This document shows positions 11,081 to 24,929 of a stretch of 64,000 nt of DNA, piece by piece. Source of the stretch: Gordius albopunctatus. Lineage: Eukaryota. The position numbers and the translations under genes were made by a program. The notes under the pieces were generated by a model that worked only from the letters and a program-made list of their open reading frames with translations, made no database searches and was not told the origin of the DNA. Where the stretch lies: assembly GCA_964276515.1 (NCBI GenBank), contig OZ193910.1, positions 4,278,001 to 4,342,000 of the forward strand, given 5' to 3'. Positions within the stretch are counted from its first letter, which is position 1. The number at the start of each line of letters is the position of its first letter.

Positions 11081-12682
11081 CCTGGATTCATAAAATACGG
11101 CATGATATGAAAGACCACAAGATAAAGAAAGATCTATGTAAACATAGAAACGAATTCTGAAAAGACTGACCACAAGCCTAGGTGAAAAGCAGTCATAGAA
11201 AGAAGAAAATTAATTTAGTCTGTATTTAACCAATATGTATTTTTTTGTATTACAATTATATAAGTAACTTTGTTTTGGTGAAAATAAACTTTTTAACCAT
11301 TAAAAAGATATCTGATGATAATTAGCCACCAAACTTGAATTTAATCTAATTGTAAGCAAAGTTAAAAAATGATTTTACCCTTGGACTACAAGGATTTCGC
11401 TAAATTTGTTGTCAAAAATAGCGGTTTTAGCAAGTCATAAGCTCGACTCGACAAGTATTTTGAAATTAAAATTTTTAAATTATGTCTCTAAATCTGCTTT
11501 TTAAACTCTCATATTATAAATCACTGGTGAATTCAGATTTGCTATGCTTATAGACATAAAAAATCACCTTATATTTTTGTAAATGAAATATAAGAACATT
11601 AATTTTTGTATATTTTTAAGTCGTCAAACTTTTTGGCCCAAATATTTTTGTTTAAGTGAGGGAGAATAAACAAATTTTTAAGATTCCTAAAGCAGTAAAT
11701 TAGTTTTAAAGAACTATAGATCAAAACTAAATATGGTTATAATTTATTTTATTTGTGACGGTACAATGCAGGTTGATTTTATACTCACTAACTTTATTTC
11801 ATGCATATCCCCCCCCCCCCGTATTTATAATATAGGGGCATTCCATGTCAACCCGTCAGATTTTTATGGGATTGTTAAAAATATAGAAACTACTGATTTT
11901 ATGAAATTTTTAGCTCATTCGGACCTTTAATTTTTTGTTTTGGGGGCTCAAAGATCAAAATTCGCTATTTTACGACATTGAGGCAGGACGCTAAATTCGA
12001 TAATTTCTAAAATCTTTACCCTCTAAATATAAAATCTTGCTGCAGTGATAGGCGAGACCTGATCTCCATAAAAAAGTAAATTTCTTTTGTCGATTAGACA
12101 TTTGATAATGGCCGAAATTTCATTTTTACCATTGCCTAGTCCCAAACTTTCTAAAATTTAAAACAAATCTTTTTTACCAGCTATATAACAATAAAAAGTA
12201 GGCATGAGATAAAACTTTCAGAATTTTATTAAAATAAATCGTTTGAGTTAAACTGGAAATTTAACAGGCTGCAAAATTAATTGCAGACTATTAAAAAAAT
12301 TTATTAAGGGTATGCGTTTAATAGGGATGAGGATAGTTTAATTACGAATCTACTTGGATTCGAAGTTACTTTTGAGATTTAAAAGTTTAACTATCTACAA
12401 AACAATTTCCTAGTCTTTAACTCAAAAGTCCTTATGATATGTTTCTAATTTCAAAACACTTGCATATTTATTTTGGGTTAGAAACAATGCTTAATACAAA
12501 GAATTGTATCTAACTATGCATCAAAATGATATACAGTACGTCATCGTCACTGTTTAAGGGTAATGAAAACTTGCTAAATAACCAAGATAAAAGAGGGAGA
12601 TGTACTGAAAAGAAAGGGCATAAGGGAAAATAAAGAATATCTAAAGTCATGAGTGGAGAGAGAACTAAGTTGTGGTGAGTTT

Positions 12683-15600
12683 TTAAGCTGATGATTTGTA
12701 TTCCTTGAGAAAATTCTTGAAGCCTTCGGCATCGCGTTTCAACATGTTTGCGTTGATAGTTATATTTTCCACAGATTGCTGAATTGAACGCTCAGCCGCA
12801 GGAGCTTCGTGAGTTTTGAAGAAAGTCTAAGCAAAAAATATAAACGATTTTAACGTATTGATTTAAGCAAATCAATTTGAGTAACATAAAAACCATAATA
12901 TAATTCGTAATTTTTTCATATTTGGCTACAAGAAAAGGTTAATAATTTACTTCCACATCCTTTGCCATTTCTTCAGAGGCGAAGTTGCTGGTACAGCTCT
13001 GCCGTATAAAAGTATTATAATGTATATTATCAATTATTAAAAAATGTATTTTTTTGGCAATGAATTTCATGGTGAAAATTTTACCTTGACCAATCGAGAC
13101 ATGAGGGTAAGGCCAGAGTACCAAGATAGAACGCGATCCCAATTTTCCTTGAGGTAATCCCAAGTCATTTGACGGCCCAGCTTGTGACCGCACATGCTAC
13201 TAAACACGGATGCCTTGTCTTGTAAACGAATTTCATCCTAATCGCCACGATAATACAATAAAAACTGACACAAAAATTTTAGACGCTACGTCAAGAGATA
13301 ACAAAGAAAAGGAGGCATTTCACCATTAGCTATTTAAATCAAGTTAATTAGTATTTTGTCTCTATACTTGAACCGTTTATATATTTAAATTATAATTATT
13401 GTTGAGTAAATAAACTAAACACAACGCCAACCAACAAAAAATTTTAGGCATGCCGTGTATAATAATTTTAATTTATAAATCGAAAATTTAGGGGTTTAAG
13501 CCGTTATCCATTATTGATCAAAATTTACGTCAGTAAGGAAGATTAGTTTAAAATAAAGACACGCTTACGGTATTCGCCAATTCCAAAGTTTTACGAATCA
13601 ATTTTTCGTCCTCCTTCAGGCCCAAACGCGAATATATGCGTATCTTTTCTTCTTGTTGATCGCTCTTGCGCGCTATCTGATTTGAACCAAAAATTTCATT
13701 ACATTAAATTTAGCAACGTAAAAAATTAAAATATAAGAAATGGGTATAATATATTTTGATGAAATAAACGCAAGATTCCCAATTAAAGATGTGGCAAATT
13801 AGTAAGAATATGAGGGGAACTATGGTAAGGAGTATATTACTTGCAAAAAGCGATCGTACATCTTTTCGTCGGCATCGGATAGCATAGCGGTGTAAACCTG
13901 GAAATAATGTAACTCACTTCAGATTTTTTAGTTTCTTTTATAAATACATGTCTCAAACAAGCTGCAAAGATATAAGCAATTCAACAAAAGCCCTAAAAAC
14001 ATTAATTAACATAATTAGTTAGCCAATTGAAACTTTTTCAGATATCTCCAAAAAACAATAATAAAACGCGATTATATACAAGAAAACGGGGGAAAAAGTA
14101 TAAAAGTCTCCAAAAATCAAGAGCATGGATGAGGCAATTTTTATTACCACAGCCCTCAAGTCACCAGACATTTCGCAGGAGCCTCCGCATAAGGCTTCGA
14201 ACCTGCGAGCCGCCTCTTCCTTTACTTCGGGGTACCCATAACGAGCCAGTCGCGATAGGATGATGACGCGCAACATGGAATTAACGTGATCTATAAGCAT
14301 TTGCACAAGATACGTATAGATCATAACCTCAAACCCATAAATTGCATAGCATTTGATACGGTGTAACTAGTGCTGTGCAGGAGCGCGTCATTTAAGACCA
14401 GCGCTATTAAAGAGGTAAACAGACTTAGTACCATCACCATTATATGTGTCCATTGTGAGATGCGCTTCCCTAATTCCCTTCCCCATGGTCCCAAATCTTA
14501 GAGGGGCGAGCGCTGTTATTTTCATAGCACCGCCGCATGTGCTCTGTTTTTAAACACGGGATAAATAGTCAAATTTTTAGGGGCTATTAGTAAATTTAAC
14601 AGCCATCTAAAATTTTAAAGAAATTTCCCGAAACGCAATTTGAAAAGTATTAAATCGAATCTTACATGCCTATAAACATATATCCTCAAATGACATTCTT
14701 TCAAAGGTTACTATTTTTAACCTCAAACCCAACCCAAAAATAGGAATTATTAATTGAATAAGCGCCAAAAAAGGACCAGAGCTAAACATGAATAACAAGC
14801 AGGAATGTAACCCTCAACTCAACGACCCCGAAATTGTAAAAAAATTTATCTTTAATAAACGACCTTTATCTCGCACACCCGCTGATTCCATGATAAGTTC
14901 ATAGTTATTTTAATTTCGACCCAAGCTTGCCCGACCGTCCATTAAAAACAAGTTAAGCTATATTTGGTTCATTTACTCTCTCCAGGCTTTGGATCCCAGC
15001 CGAGCTTTTTGTAGATGGGGGTCAAGAGGTCGCAAGTGAATTGCTTGTACCGTTTTTGTGTTTCAGATTCGATCCGAGACAAGCTGACTTGAGCACCTTC
15101 CGCGTATTGGGACAAGATGGCTAGGGTACTGAGAGAACCAGAGATGTCGCACCAAACTGCGTAATCCGTTTCATTCTTGTAAGCCTGCAGCAAAGTTAGG
15201 AAGGGAGCCACTGGCAAAACTCCCGCTTGCACCTGAAACAAAAATATGGTGTGGTCGTTTAAGAGCGCGATGAAAAAGCATGAACAAATTTGTTGTATTA
15301 AAGAAATTTTCATAGGCATGGCAGTGGGATAAAATATTTAGCAATTCATTTACAACCAACACCGCCATTATATCCTTAACTTGCAACCTCAACTTATTAA
15401 AAAATGCTAATTTATGTAGTTTACTAATTTCAACATTTTGACATAAGGCAACATTTATAGGAATAGCATATATTTAAATTTCAAAATTTCGATGGAATGC
15501 AATATAGGCGTTTGCGAGTATGATTAGGAGCATAAATCTTCAAAAGGTGAGATACAAGCATACTAGATTTCTAATTAATTTGTTGCAAAAAACGTGTGAT

Positions 15601-18600
15601 TTCAAATAAGGCAACAAGGTAGATGATACCAAAGCAAAGGAATCCGATTCGATCCCATAACGATCCAGGGGAGCTAGAGTGTTATCCTTGATGCCCGACA
15701 TGATAGCAGCCAACATCTCGGGGGAGTAATGGATGCGACAAAAACTGACCGTGTTGCAGTTAAGCTAGAGATTAATAAAAATAAAAATTATTAGAAGCTT
15801 TTTAAGATTCGTTTCATTGTAGGGAAAATTTATTTTTAAATCTTTTCATCTTAATGTTAAAACATATTTTAAATGAAGCTTATAGGTAAACAACATGTTC
15901 AATTCAATATTTTACCAGTAAACATTTCAACTGCCTAAATAAAAAATTTTATCCTTAAAAACGGCACTAAAATAGTGAAAATCTATATTTTCACCGCAAA
16001 TTGAAAGCCAAACATACTTTGATCCAATCCTCGGGCGGTACGTTATCAACCTTGATTTCCATGGACGGTTTGTCAATGAGCGTGGATGTTATGTGCTCTT
16101 TGGGATGACTCTTGGAACAAAACGTCATGGGAATTTCCCACACGGTACCGTCTACATTAAACGAGGTCATGCACAAAATTACCTTCTAATCCACAAAAAT
16201 AGTTCTTTTTATTATATTAAATTGTGGAATGGGGGGCTATTAACTAAGGGCATGCATAATGTATATATCAGAGACCAGAAATGCCCGGCCTCTTAAATTT
16301 TAATTTTCGGGCGGGCCCGGGCGGGCACGCTGATAAGATTCGGGCAATTCGGGCATGCCCAAAATTTTATCAAATTAATTTTCCTTGAAAAAAGAAAAAT
16401 TCGCTTATAAACAATTTTGGGCCATAATAAATGTGACTAGATATTTTTTCATCGCTTAAATCTTCATTGTACGTTTATATAGTGTCCTAATTTCAATTTC
16501 TTCAAAATTAAATTTCATTTCGAATAAATTAGTTTAACTGGTTTGTCTCAAGATCAAAAATTTTTAATTTTCAGATTATATTATAAAAGAATAAAATCAC
16601 AACGATTTTAACTGCCATGGGCGTAGACAAGGGGGGTGGGGGGCAGCTGACCCTCTCTAAACTCAAAAATTGTTAAAATGTATTAAAATTATGGCTAAAT
16701 TTTTAAAAAATGATCATTTTGCCCCTTCCTAAATCATTATTGCCCCCCTCTAATTTTAATGCTGGCTACGCCCATGTAAACTGCTACTCTAATCTAATAC
16801 TATGGAAGAAACCATTTTACTCTCTGGTAGTAAATTATTTTATTACATTTTTATCGCGTTCAGTTAAATCTTTGCCCTACTCCATTATGGAAAGGATTGG
16901 ATTATTTATATTTATGTAGTAGCCAAAGCCATTTCATTGTTCGCAATACACTACACATGTGTGCCGTCTAGACTTAAAACAAAGGCTCATGCCATTTTCT
17001 AACAATGCGCATAATTGTAATTCATTTAATTTCTTAACAACTAAAAAAACAAGATAGAAAAATAAAGCAAACAAGTCACATTAAAGTTATTAAAAATTAT
17101 AACTATTTTAGGTATCCTAAATTAGCAAGGCTTACAAAAATACTCTTTGCCATCTCGGCGACGAGTGCTGCTAGTGAAAGAAGTTTTTCTATCGCAGGAA
17201 GATTAATAGAGGAAAGACGCACAAGATTATCCCCGGAAATTGTCGACGATATGAATAAAATATTGTCATCTTTGTTCGGATCAATATGCCATTGCTTATT
17301 TTGTAATAGTGGCTAAAGATTTTGGGATTGGATAATTTTGGGTCTACCGGGAAAATTTTATTAATCAGGCCGGGCAGCTCTAATGGTTTGGGCATGGCTG
17401 AGCCGACACTTAGAAGGGTTCAGGCGGGCAATTTAGTTAAAATTGGACCGGGCCGGGTTCGGGCAGAAAAATTTAAACTACTCCGACCTCTTTTTGGGAC
17501 CTCATAAATTCGGGACTAACGGGCAAATTTAATATTTCGGGCCGGGAAATTCGGGCAGCTTTAACAATTCGGGCGGGCCCGGCGGGCAATGTTTAGTCGG
17601 GCCGGGTTCGGGCAGAAAATTCCCAACAAATCTGACCTCTGGTATATATTATAGTACCCCCAAATCAAGGGAGGCTTATAGTGAGGCATAAAACCATAAA
17701 CGTAATCGGTTTAATTGCAGATTAATATTGATTTTTCGTTGAATAGAGCAAAAACTCTGGGCCAAGTCTTTGGAACAGTTATGGGGTTGACAAATAATTA
17801 TGTAAATTAGTGCATACCATTAACGGGTCCCTGCAAAAGAAACTTTTTCTGCGACATTTTGATCTTGCGGGTGTTCCCTTCTTTCACCTCCTCAACCTAT
17901 AACCGTAAAAATATATAATACACGTTAACCATTGCCTACGAATTACCAGATTTTAATTAATTTTTACAAAAAGCCATCAAACAAACTACGAAAATACTTT
18001 AATACTCGAGAAAAATTTAAATTTAAACAAATCCCATTTTTGGGATCCAAACTCGATCATAAACTTATTAAAGATACACGCAACCATATAGAATGACCAC
18101 GTCCATAGTAATTCAAAGTTTGACATAAAATCTGCACTAACTATTCAAGGTAAGCCTTTCGCCAAAATCCTCAACAAATTTAAAGTCGGTCATAAGCGAT
18201 TTTTGATTTCCAAACGCAGGGTTTATTGTTTGGGATGACCTTAAATCTACTTTTATATAATGCCAAGTTTTTGATGAGTATTAAGTTACAAGAACATTGG
18301 TGGGTGGGTGGCAATAACAGTACCCCTTAAAACCTTTAAAAATTAAATTTCTCGCAAATTCTAAATAATTTTCATCAGTTAATATACCCAATCCGTAATG
18401 AATCATCCTTATAAAGGTATTTGTCAGAACTTACGCTAACTAGGGGAAACCCAATTTTCTTGTACCAGGTTTCCATGGACTTCAAATTTTTACCACTCGA
18501 TTTTTCTAGCGCCTCCATGAAGTCGTCTATGGTGGCGTTGCTAAACTTGAATTTGTTGAGGTAGATATTGAGAGCCTTCCTGAAAGCCTACCAATAAATA

Positions 18601-21600
18601 AATAAATGCAGGTATAATAATTAATCAACAGCTGTTAGTAGTTTAAATCTTTTCCGAACGAAACACCAATTTTGGATATTTTTCATTAATATTGTAAAAA
18701 TGACAAAAATTGAGTCACAAACTAAATAGTTTAATCTAGATAAGATATTTGTGAATCGATTCCCGACCGCCATAAATGTCTCAAATCAACATAATCAACT
18801 CCGCAATTAACGAATCCAAATAAACCTGATCAGTTTAAAAATGTAAGATTTTAAATCCAATATCTCGATGCTTCCCAATAATTCAGTTTTTGCCTAAAAT
18901 CAGCCATCTGCTAATCATGAAGTAACAACCTGCCGCCCGACCCCTGTGAAATTCAACCAAATCCCGATAACGATAAAGTTTACTAACTTTTACCTATAAT
19001 ATTTTTTAGAGATTAACATATAATTATAAATTCTGTATTTGGCTAAGGGCACTTTAAATCGAATTTCGATACAAAAACATGTACTCAGCCTTTTCACTTC
19101 TCTTTACAGTTTAAGATTAATATAAATCCAACCTCTGGTCCACAATATTCGTTCATCATTCGCAAAAATGAAGCACCCTTTTCGTACGAGATGGCATCAA
19201 AGATTTCATCGATTTCGTGGGGATGCTCCACGGTAACCTTACATAAGTATTAGGAGATTATCATCAATTCACTTCTTTTCCATAATTTAAACGAAATTAA
19301 GCCAAAAGCGGGTGAAAAATCTAGATAAAGCTTAAAAATTTGAAGGCAAAAACAAACGAGCTGGTAAAAATATTAAATCTGTGCAATCAAATGAATGTCG
19401 CTTAAAATAACAACGCTCATAGCAGAGAACATTACTTTAAGGTGTATAAGCTATTAGTATGTAAAAAGGTCACTTAAAATTATCCGCGTCAAAACTGCAT
19501 AAATTGTCAACAAAACTGTGTCATCAATAAGGACGTACGTAGCAATCAAGAATTCAAAGGTTAACATAGGTTTGATAAATTTCGTAAAAATCATCGTTAA
19601 TTTTAGGGCAAAAATTGATAAATAAAAAATCACTGTATAAATGTTAAAGTGTGAACTTCGATGGGATGGCTAGTGGCCAAAGAGTCGAGGGAAATGCCCT
19701 CGTGGAAGCTGGAGGAAACGAATTGAGTCCAAATATCGTATTCCGGGTAGCATTGACTTATGCAATGGAAGGAGACCCAAGTGGCGAAGCCTTCGTTCAA
19801 CCACAAATACGTCCACCATTCCTTTTACATCAAAATAAGAAGCACGAATGTTAAAAAGTTTCAAAGTGATACTAACTTAAATTATTTAATAACGGATTGT
19901 GATGCAAAATAATAGGGATAAAGTTGTTAGATACCTAAATTTACGAAGATTATATATAATTTATTCTTGCTAGCTTTAAAAGCTAAGCTACCACAAAAAA
20001 CTTGAGCGTATCTCGAGGTATAAACATTTAAGCATTCCTTAAAGACAATTTCAGAGTATTGGAGTTACATATATAATTTTATAGGTTCTTATGGTACTGA
20101 GTACAAATCAAACTCACCTCAAAAAGTCATATTAAAGCTCGTGATTCGCAAAAACTTTAAACGAAATATCTTAAAGTTACATATTAAACGCCACGATAAA
20201 AAATATGTGTGTCTTACCATGGTTGCCAGGTTACCGAACCATTGATGTCCCAATTCGTGAGCTATTAAATGAATAATATTATACAAGTTTATTAAAAATA
20301 GTATTCTATCAAACATTTCGTCGAGATATGCAATAGGCGTTGTAGTGGTCTTTGTTAGCCCGCATAATAATTAAAACACATCAGCTAGAGTATATTTATG
20401 ATCTAATTGCACTGTTATGAGACGGTCACTAGCGCAACAAAGTAAAAGGCTATTAAATTTTGCCTATATATTCATCATTTCTCCCATATTTGCAAGTTTA
20501 AAAGTCCCTGTTCATAGACCATAGAATTTTCAACGGAAAATAAAGTAAGACTCTCATTTAAATTTAAAGTAGGGAGATGGAATAAATTCTTCAACTTAGC
20601 GAGGAGCTTTGTCCTAAGATTTGCTTAAAGACTGATAATGCAAGACTCGAATTATCGTTCAGCTTCTAGAAAAACGACCTAACCGAGAATTTTGGACATT
20701 TGACTTTTATAAATATATATGCTTTTTTCCCATTGAAACGGGTGAATGATTCTTGCGATAATTGAAACCAACGCATTAAATCCAATAATATCCCAGCAAC
20801 AAGGTGAAATAGTAAAACTAAACTAAACTTTTAAATCATAATTCTGTGGATTAAGAAGATATTAGCAATCTTACCCACGACTATGGCAATGTAATTTTTG
20901 GTGTTGGTGGATGAGGTCTTCTCGTCTAGCAATATACAAACCTCGCGGAACGTTATCAAACCCCAATTTTCCATGGCGCCTAGGAATAATTAAAAATTAT
21001 TTAATTAACTTAGTGAAAATAAGTTATCATCACTATAATAAATAATTACGTTTGGGTAAAATAATTTGTTATGACCACTACTACTATAAACTTGACAAAA
21101 AAAAGGATACGATTGCAAGTGCTTAACTTTAGTGTATAATTTACCGAAAGCAAAATCGGGGATGGATATCAAATCGCATTTGGGCAATTCGTATTTGATG
21201 CCAAAGTAATCTTCGTAAAAGGCCAAGGACTTGATAGTCACCTAAAGGTATCCGTTTTAAAAGGAAAAATATGGGAAAATGCAATTTTTTGCCTATATAT
21301 AAGGTAACTTGCTAAGGATACCCGCCTCACTTTAGCTATGATGATAATAAAAGCATGACAAATAAATATATGGTATTAGACATATTCCAAACAAGTATAA
21401 TAAATAACACGATAAACTTAATATATCGTAAGTTAGAATGATTTTGTGGTATGGATAAGGATGCGATAGAACTATAATAACCTAGAATATTTTGTTTTGG
21501 CGCTAGCTACTTTTCAAAGAGGTAGACCGTGAAAGTCAAATAAACGCCCCATCAAACCCAAAAAGTACTCGAGACCGTTATGGAGCCAAACACAACTACT

Positions 21601-24600
21601 CAAGTGCTTAAAATGCGTATGCAGAAAGGTTATCATCGCAGCATTGGAACTTTGATCGAGACCTTAAACACTTTAATAACAACACTTTTGAGACGATATA
21701 TAATACTTACTTCTAAGGCAAACTTTCCCTGCTCCTTTTTGCCGATGGGTGTGTAGACGCGGCAAACCACGCCCCGGTCGCTTTTACCCTCCACATAATC
21801 GAATTCCCCGACCACAAAAGCGACGAGATAGGTGGACATGATGGGTGTACACTGAAATTTAACCGTTTTTTCGCCTGCCTTCTCATCCAAATCCTCCTTT
21901 TCAGGTGGCTACTCGTAGGCACATAAATATATATAGTTACGTTGTGATCGGATAGAAAAATAAAAAGTAGCCATTTTTTGTATAACATCTATTTGGTAAA
22001 AATGGATTGAAATCTCGGTACGAGCTTCCCTTAATGGCTGCTTATAGTGTTATAAAAAAGGCGGGGACTCGACTATATACTATACCATTAACGAACCGAA
22101 GGTTTGACAGGCTTGACTAAAGAACCTTAAAGGTATTTTTATGGGACTAAGAAAAGGAGAACAAAAAAGGTCTGCTCATATTTAGTAGACTAAAGCCAAA
22201 GGTCGACCAACAAAACCCCCCGCCGTTTCTACAACGACGCCAGCTGGTTACCATACTTGACACCAGCCCCATTTTAACGTTTTATATCAAAATTATCATG
22301 GAAAATGTGTCGGAATTTCAAAATAACATCGCATGGCTAGTTAATACACTTCACGCCAGGGTGATTTTTTAAATTTTGGATAGAAATCGTGTTAAAATCT
22401 CTCAATAGCATCATCGCCCATTCTCAATTTCAATAATCAAATATAATATTACACCAGGGGGTTTAAAAGGGATGACGTGCTAGAATATGGTATAATAGTA
22501 AAGAAGCGATGTTTTTAATTGGATATTATTCATTCAAAAAAAGCAGGGTTGATAACCCATTAAGCTAGCAGCCGCTCAGGCCATTATTTAGGAAAAAGTC
22601 AATTTTTCATCTACATGATAGTTAGCTCGTGCGATGTAAACAATGGGAAAACGTAAAAAATTATATCCCAAAGCAACTTGTCACTTGAAAATACATGGTA
22701 AACCTGATATTTGCTCTCTCAAAACTTGATTCACGCGGTACATAACACATTATTTATACGAAAAAGCAGGTGGCAAACGCGTAGTTTGGGTAAAAAACAA
22801 AAGTTGTCGCTCTGCCTCGGAGCGCCTAATTTGGCGTATTCGTTCAGGACAAAAAGTGTAAAGATTAGGGGGGGGGGGGGTTAATAAGTGCCAAAAACGT
22901 ATATTTTTACCCCGTTAACCTATTATTGACGCCGATGGATTAAAATCGATTTTGAAATATATAAAACGAAATTCTATTGTGCAAAATTATTGGCAGCGAT
23001 AGACGGCAATTGGCTCTGTGCTTGAGCAAATTTTGATAGGAGGTGCCAAAATTATATTATTTTTAAACCCTCACCTAATCCCCCTCCCCCCTCCCAAGGG
23101 CTTGTGTCTTAATATCGGATTTAGCTGCGCAGCAAAAATCGTTATACGGGTTATAACATAGCCCCGTGTGTCTTAACTTGGAATTCACAGCGGCAGATTT
23201 ACGTTTCAGACGACGCATAACATAGGAGCGATTAATATCAAGAGTTGAAAAAATAAACGGAAAAAGAGTTTTAACTATCAAAAAACAAAATACTAATAAT
23301 TACAACCGAGTTTGAGACATGAAATTGAATCATAGGATATCTGATAAAGATAAATTCGCGCCATTTGAATCTGAATCCGATATTAAGACGTAATATGGCG
23401 CTCAAAAGATTAAATGAATTTAGTTGGATGACCTCAATTGAATAATAGGGGTTAATGGGATTCACCAAGGCTAAAATAAAAATACTGCACCTTGCTAAAA
23501 AATATTATGGGCAAAAGTTATGATTTTTTGTAATTATATTAATGATTGAATCAATATTCATTTTTCATCATCATTTATTCATAGTTATTTGGCATTTGTC
23601 ATTAGTGGATGCAAAAATTTTTGATTTTTTAATATGGTTGAAAACTAGAGAAGCATTGTAACTTTTATATTAGATAAATTTCATTGTGCAAAATGTTTCT
23701 AAAATTATAATTGACAAATATGGGCTTAGCATCAATTCTACAAGTGAACCTAGAATTTGGTTGCTTGTTAGAAGAAATAAAAAACATGTTTCAGATAGAA
23801 GATTATTAACTATTAATATTAGGTTTAAACATGATTGTAAAATATTGATAAAAAAAGAACAGCTAAAATAATAGATTTTTCAAGGTATGAGCTTAAACAA
23901 GTCTTTAGTTAATTTTTACACATTGGCAGGCCAATAAAGCAAAATTTATACGTTTAAGAACTTTCATGGTAAAAAAATAATTAAAATGTGCATGGTAAAA
24001 ACAAATAATAAATTGTTATTAATAACCCTTTGAAAACATATAATAGAGTTTCATGACTTTTTTATAAATTTGTTAAAACAGGTACAAAAAATATATACAT
24101 ATATATAAAATAAATCAGACTTATTAATTATAAATTTAAACAGCGCAACTATAAAATTAAAATAGAATTGTGACTCAAAACTCATTTAAAGCATATTAAA
24201 GTTTAAGAGGTCTTTAAACAATCAACTAAAATATTGTAAATAAAAATAAAAAGCATTAGTGTAATTTTTAAAACAAAATTACCATGTTGGATAGAGCTAC
24301 AAAATCTTTTGGTGCTACAAGGGTTATTGAAAATTTAGATTTGATAGCTGGTTCATCCCAACAAGGAAAAGCACGTCTGGCATCAGTTGACTACCAGAAA
24401 AATTTACCAAACTAAATATAAAATACCTCAAAGTGAGTGGTTGCAGCTATCTTTTCTTTTCCTTCATACAGATATTTAGTGAAGTAAAAGCCTCTCATTT
24501 TATCAGATAGTTTGCCACTAAAGGAAAGATTCAAATCAGCCTTTCCAGGGTCAATAACATTTGGAAATTTTAGTATGGCTTGTTCATTTTCCAAATCATA

Positions 24601-24929
24601 AGAAATTATGGGTTTCAATGTTTCTAATCAAACTTCAAGAAAATGTGTTTTATATTTACCTTTCTTATCATTTGTTAAATAAGCTTCTTTAATATCTAAT
24701 TCAAGCGAGTTCAATACAATTTTATCCACAGCTTCTTTGACCTTTATAAAAAATAGATATACGACTACTATAAAATTACTTCCAAATTGATAGTTTCTGA
24801 GCCATGAAATATTAAGTCTTTGAGGTTTGGCTGAAGTTTTACGTCGTAATGAGTTGGTATCACACTTTTAGGTAAACGTTCAAACTTTTTCTTTTCAACA
24901 AGTCCATGCGAATGATAGCCCATAGTCAT
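12683..24929 (-). CDS. NPEPPS: Puromycin-sensitive aminopeptidase (M1 family), multi-exon; first exons 24929-24780, 24741-24660, 24623-24427, 24390-24283, last exon about 12826-12683
   Basis: [58 protein letters not shown] (about 20960-20980); [15 protein letters not shown] (about 20218-20260); [27 protein letters not shown]-terminus [16 protein letters not shown]...SSA*. Later internal exon boundaries were only partly resolved. Confidence 0.93.
16269..17641 (+). mobile_element. Non-autonomous hAT element in an aminopeptidase intron
   Basis: TIRs CAGAGACCAGA / TCTGACCTCTG with a perfect 8-bp TSD gtatatat. About 17113-17255 encodes [42 protein letters not shown] (hATC). Confidence 0.92.
16616..16776. 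mobile_element. Small hAT-type MITE nested in the hAT element
   Basis: TIRs catgggcgtag / ctacgcccatg with TSD ttaactgc/taaactgc (7/8). Related partial copies at about 48078-48190 (+) and 54037-54187 (-). Confidence 0.85.
23098..23390. mobile_element. PIF/Harbinger-like MITE (degenerate copy)
   Basis: Ends gtcttaatatcggatt / aatccgatattaagac; homologous to 44838-45202. Confidence 0.7.

Larger units (their letters stand above)
7075..11210 (+). mobile_element. Near full-length degenerate RTE-clade LINE (APE endonuclease + RT), interrupted by two insertions
   Basis: Endonuclease motifs GSWNIGTM, IACIQETKW, NGVGIVL, YAPQSG, TQIDFFL. RT motifs KALGPDNIP, QFGFMP, LEKAF, GVHQGSALSPFLF, FAGDI, FKYLGS, EMRMLRW. 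Multiple stops and frameshifts; ends approximate. Confidence 0.93.

Noticed and set aside
11830..12330. Probable TE-derived sequence starting ggggcattccatgtc
   Set aside because: No matching TIR, TSD or coding remnant identified, so it cannot be classified.
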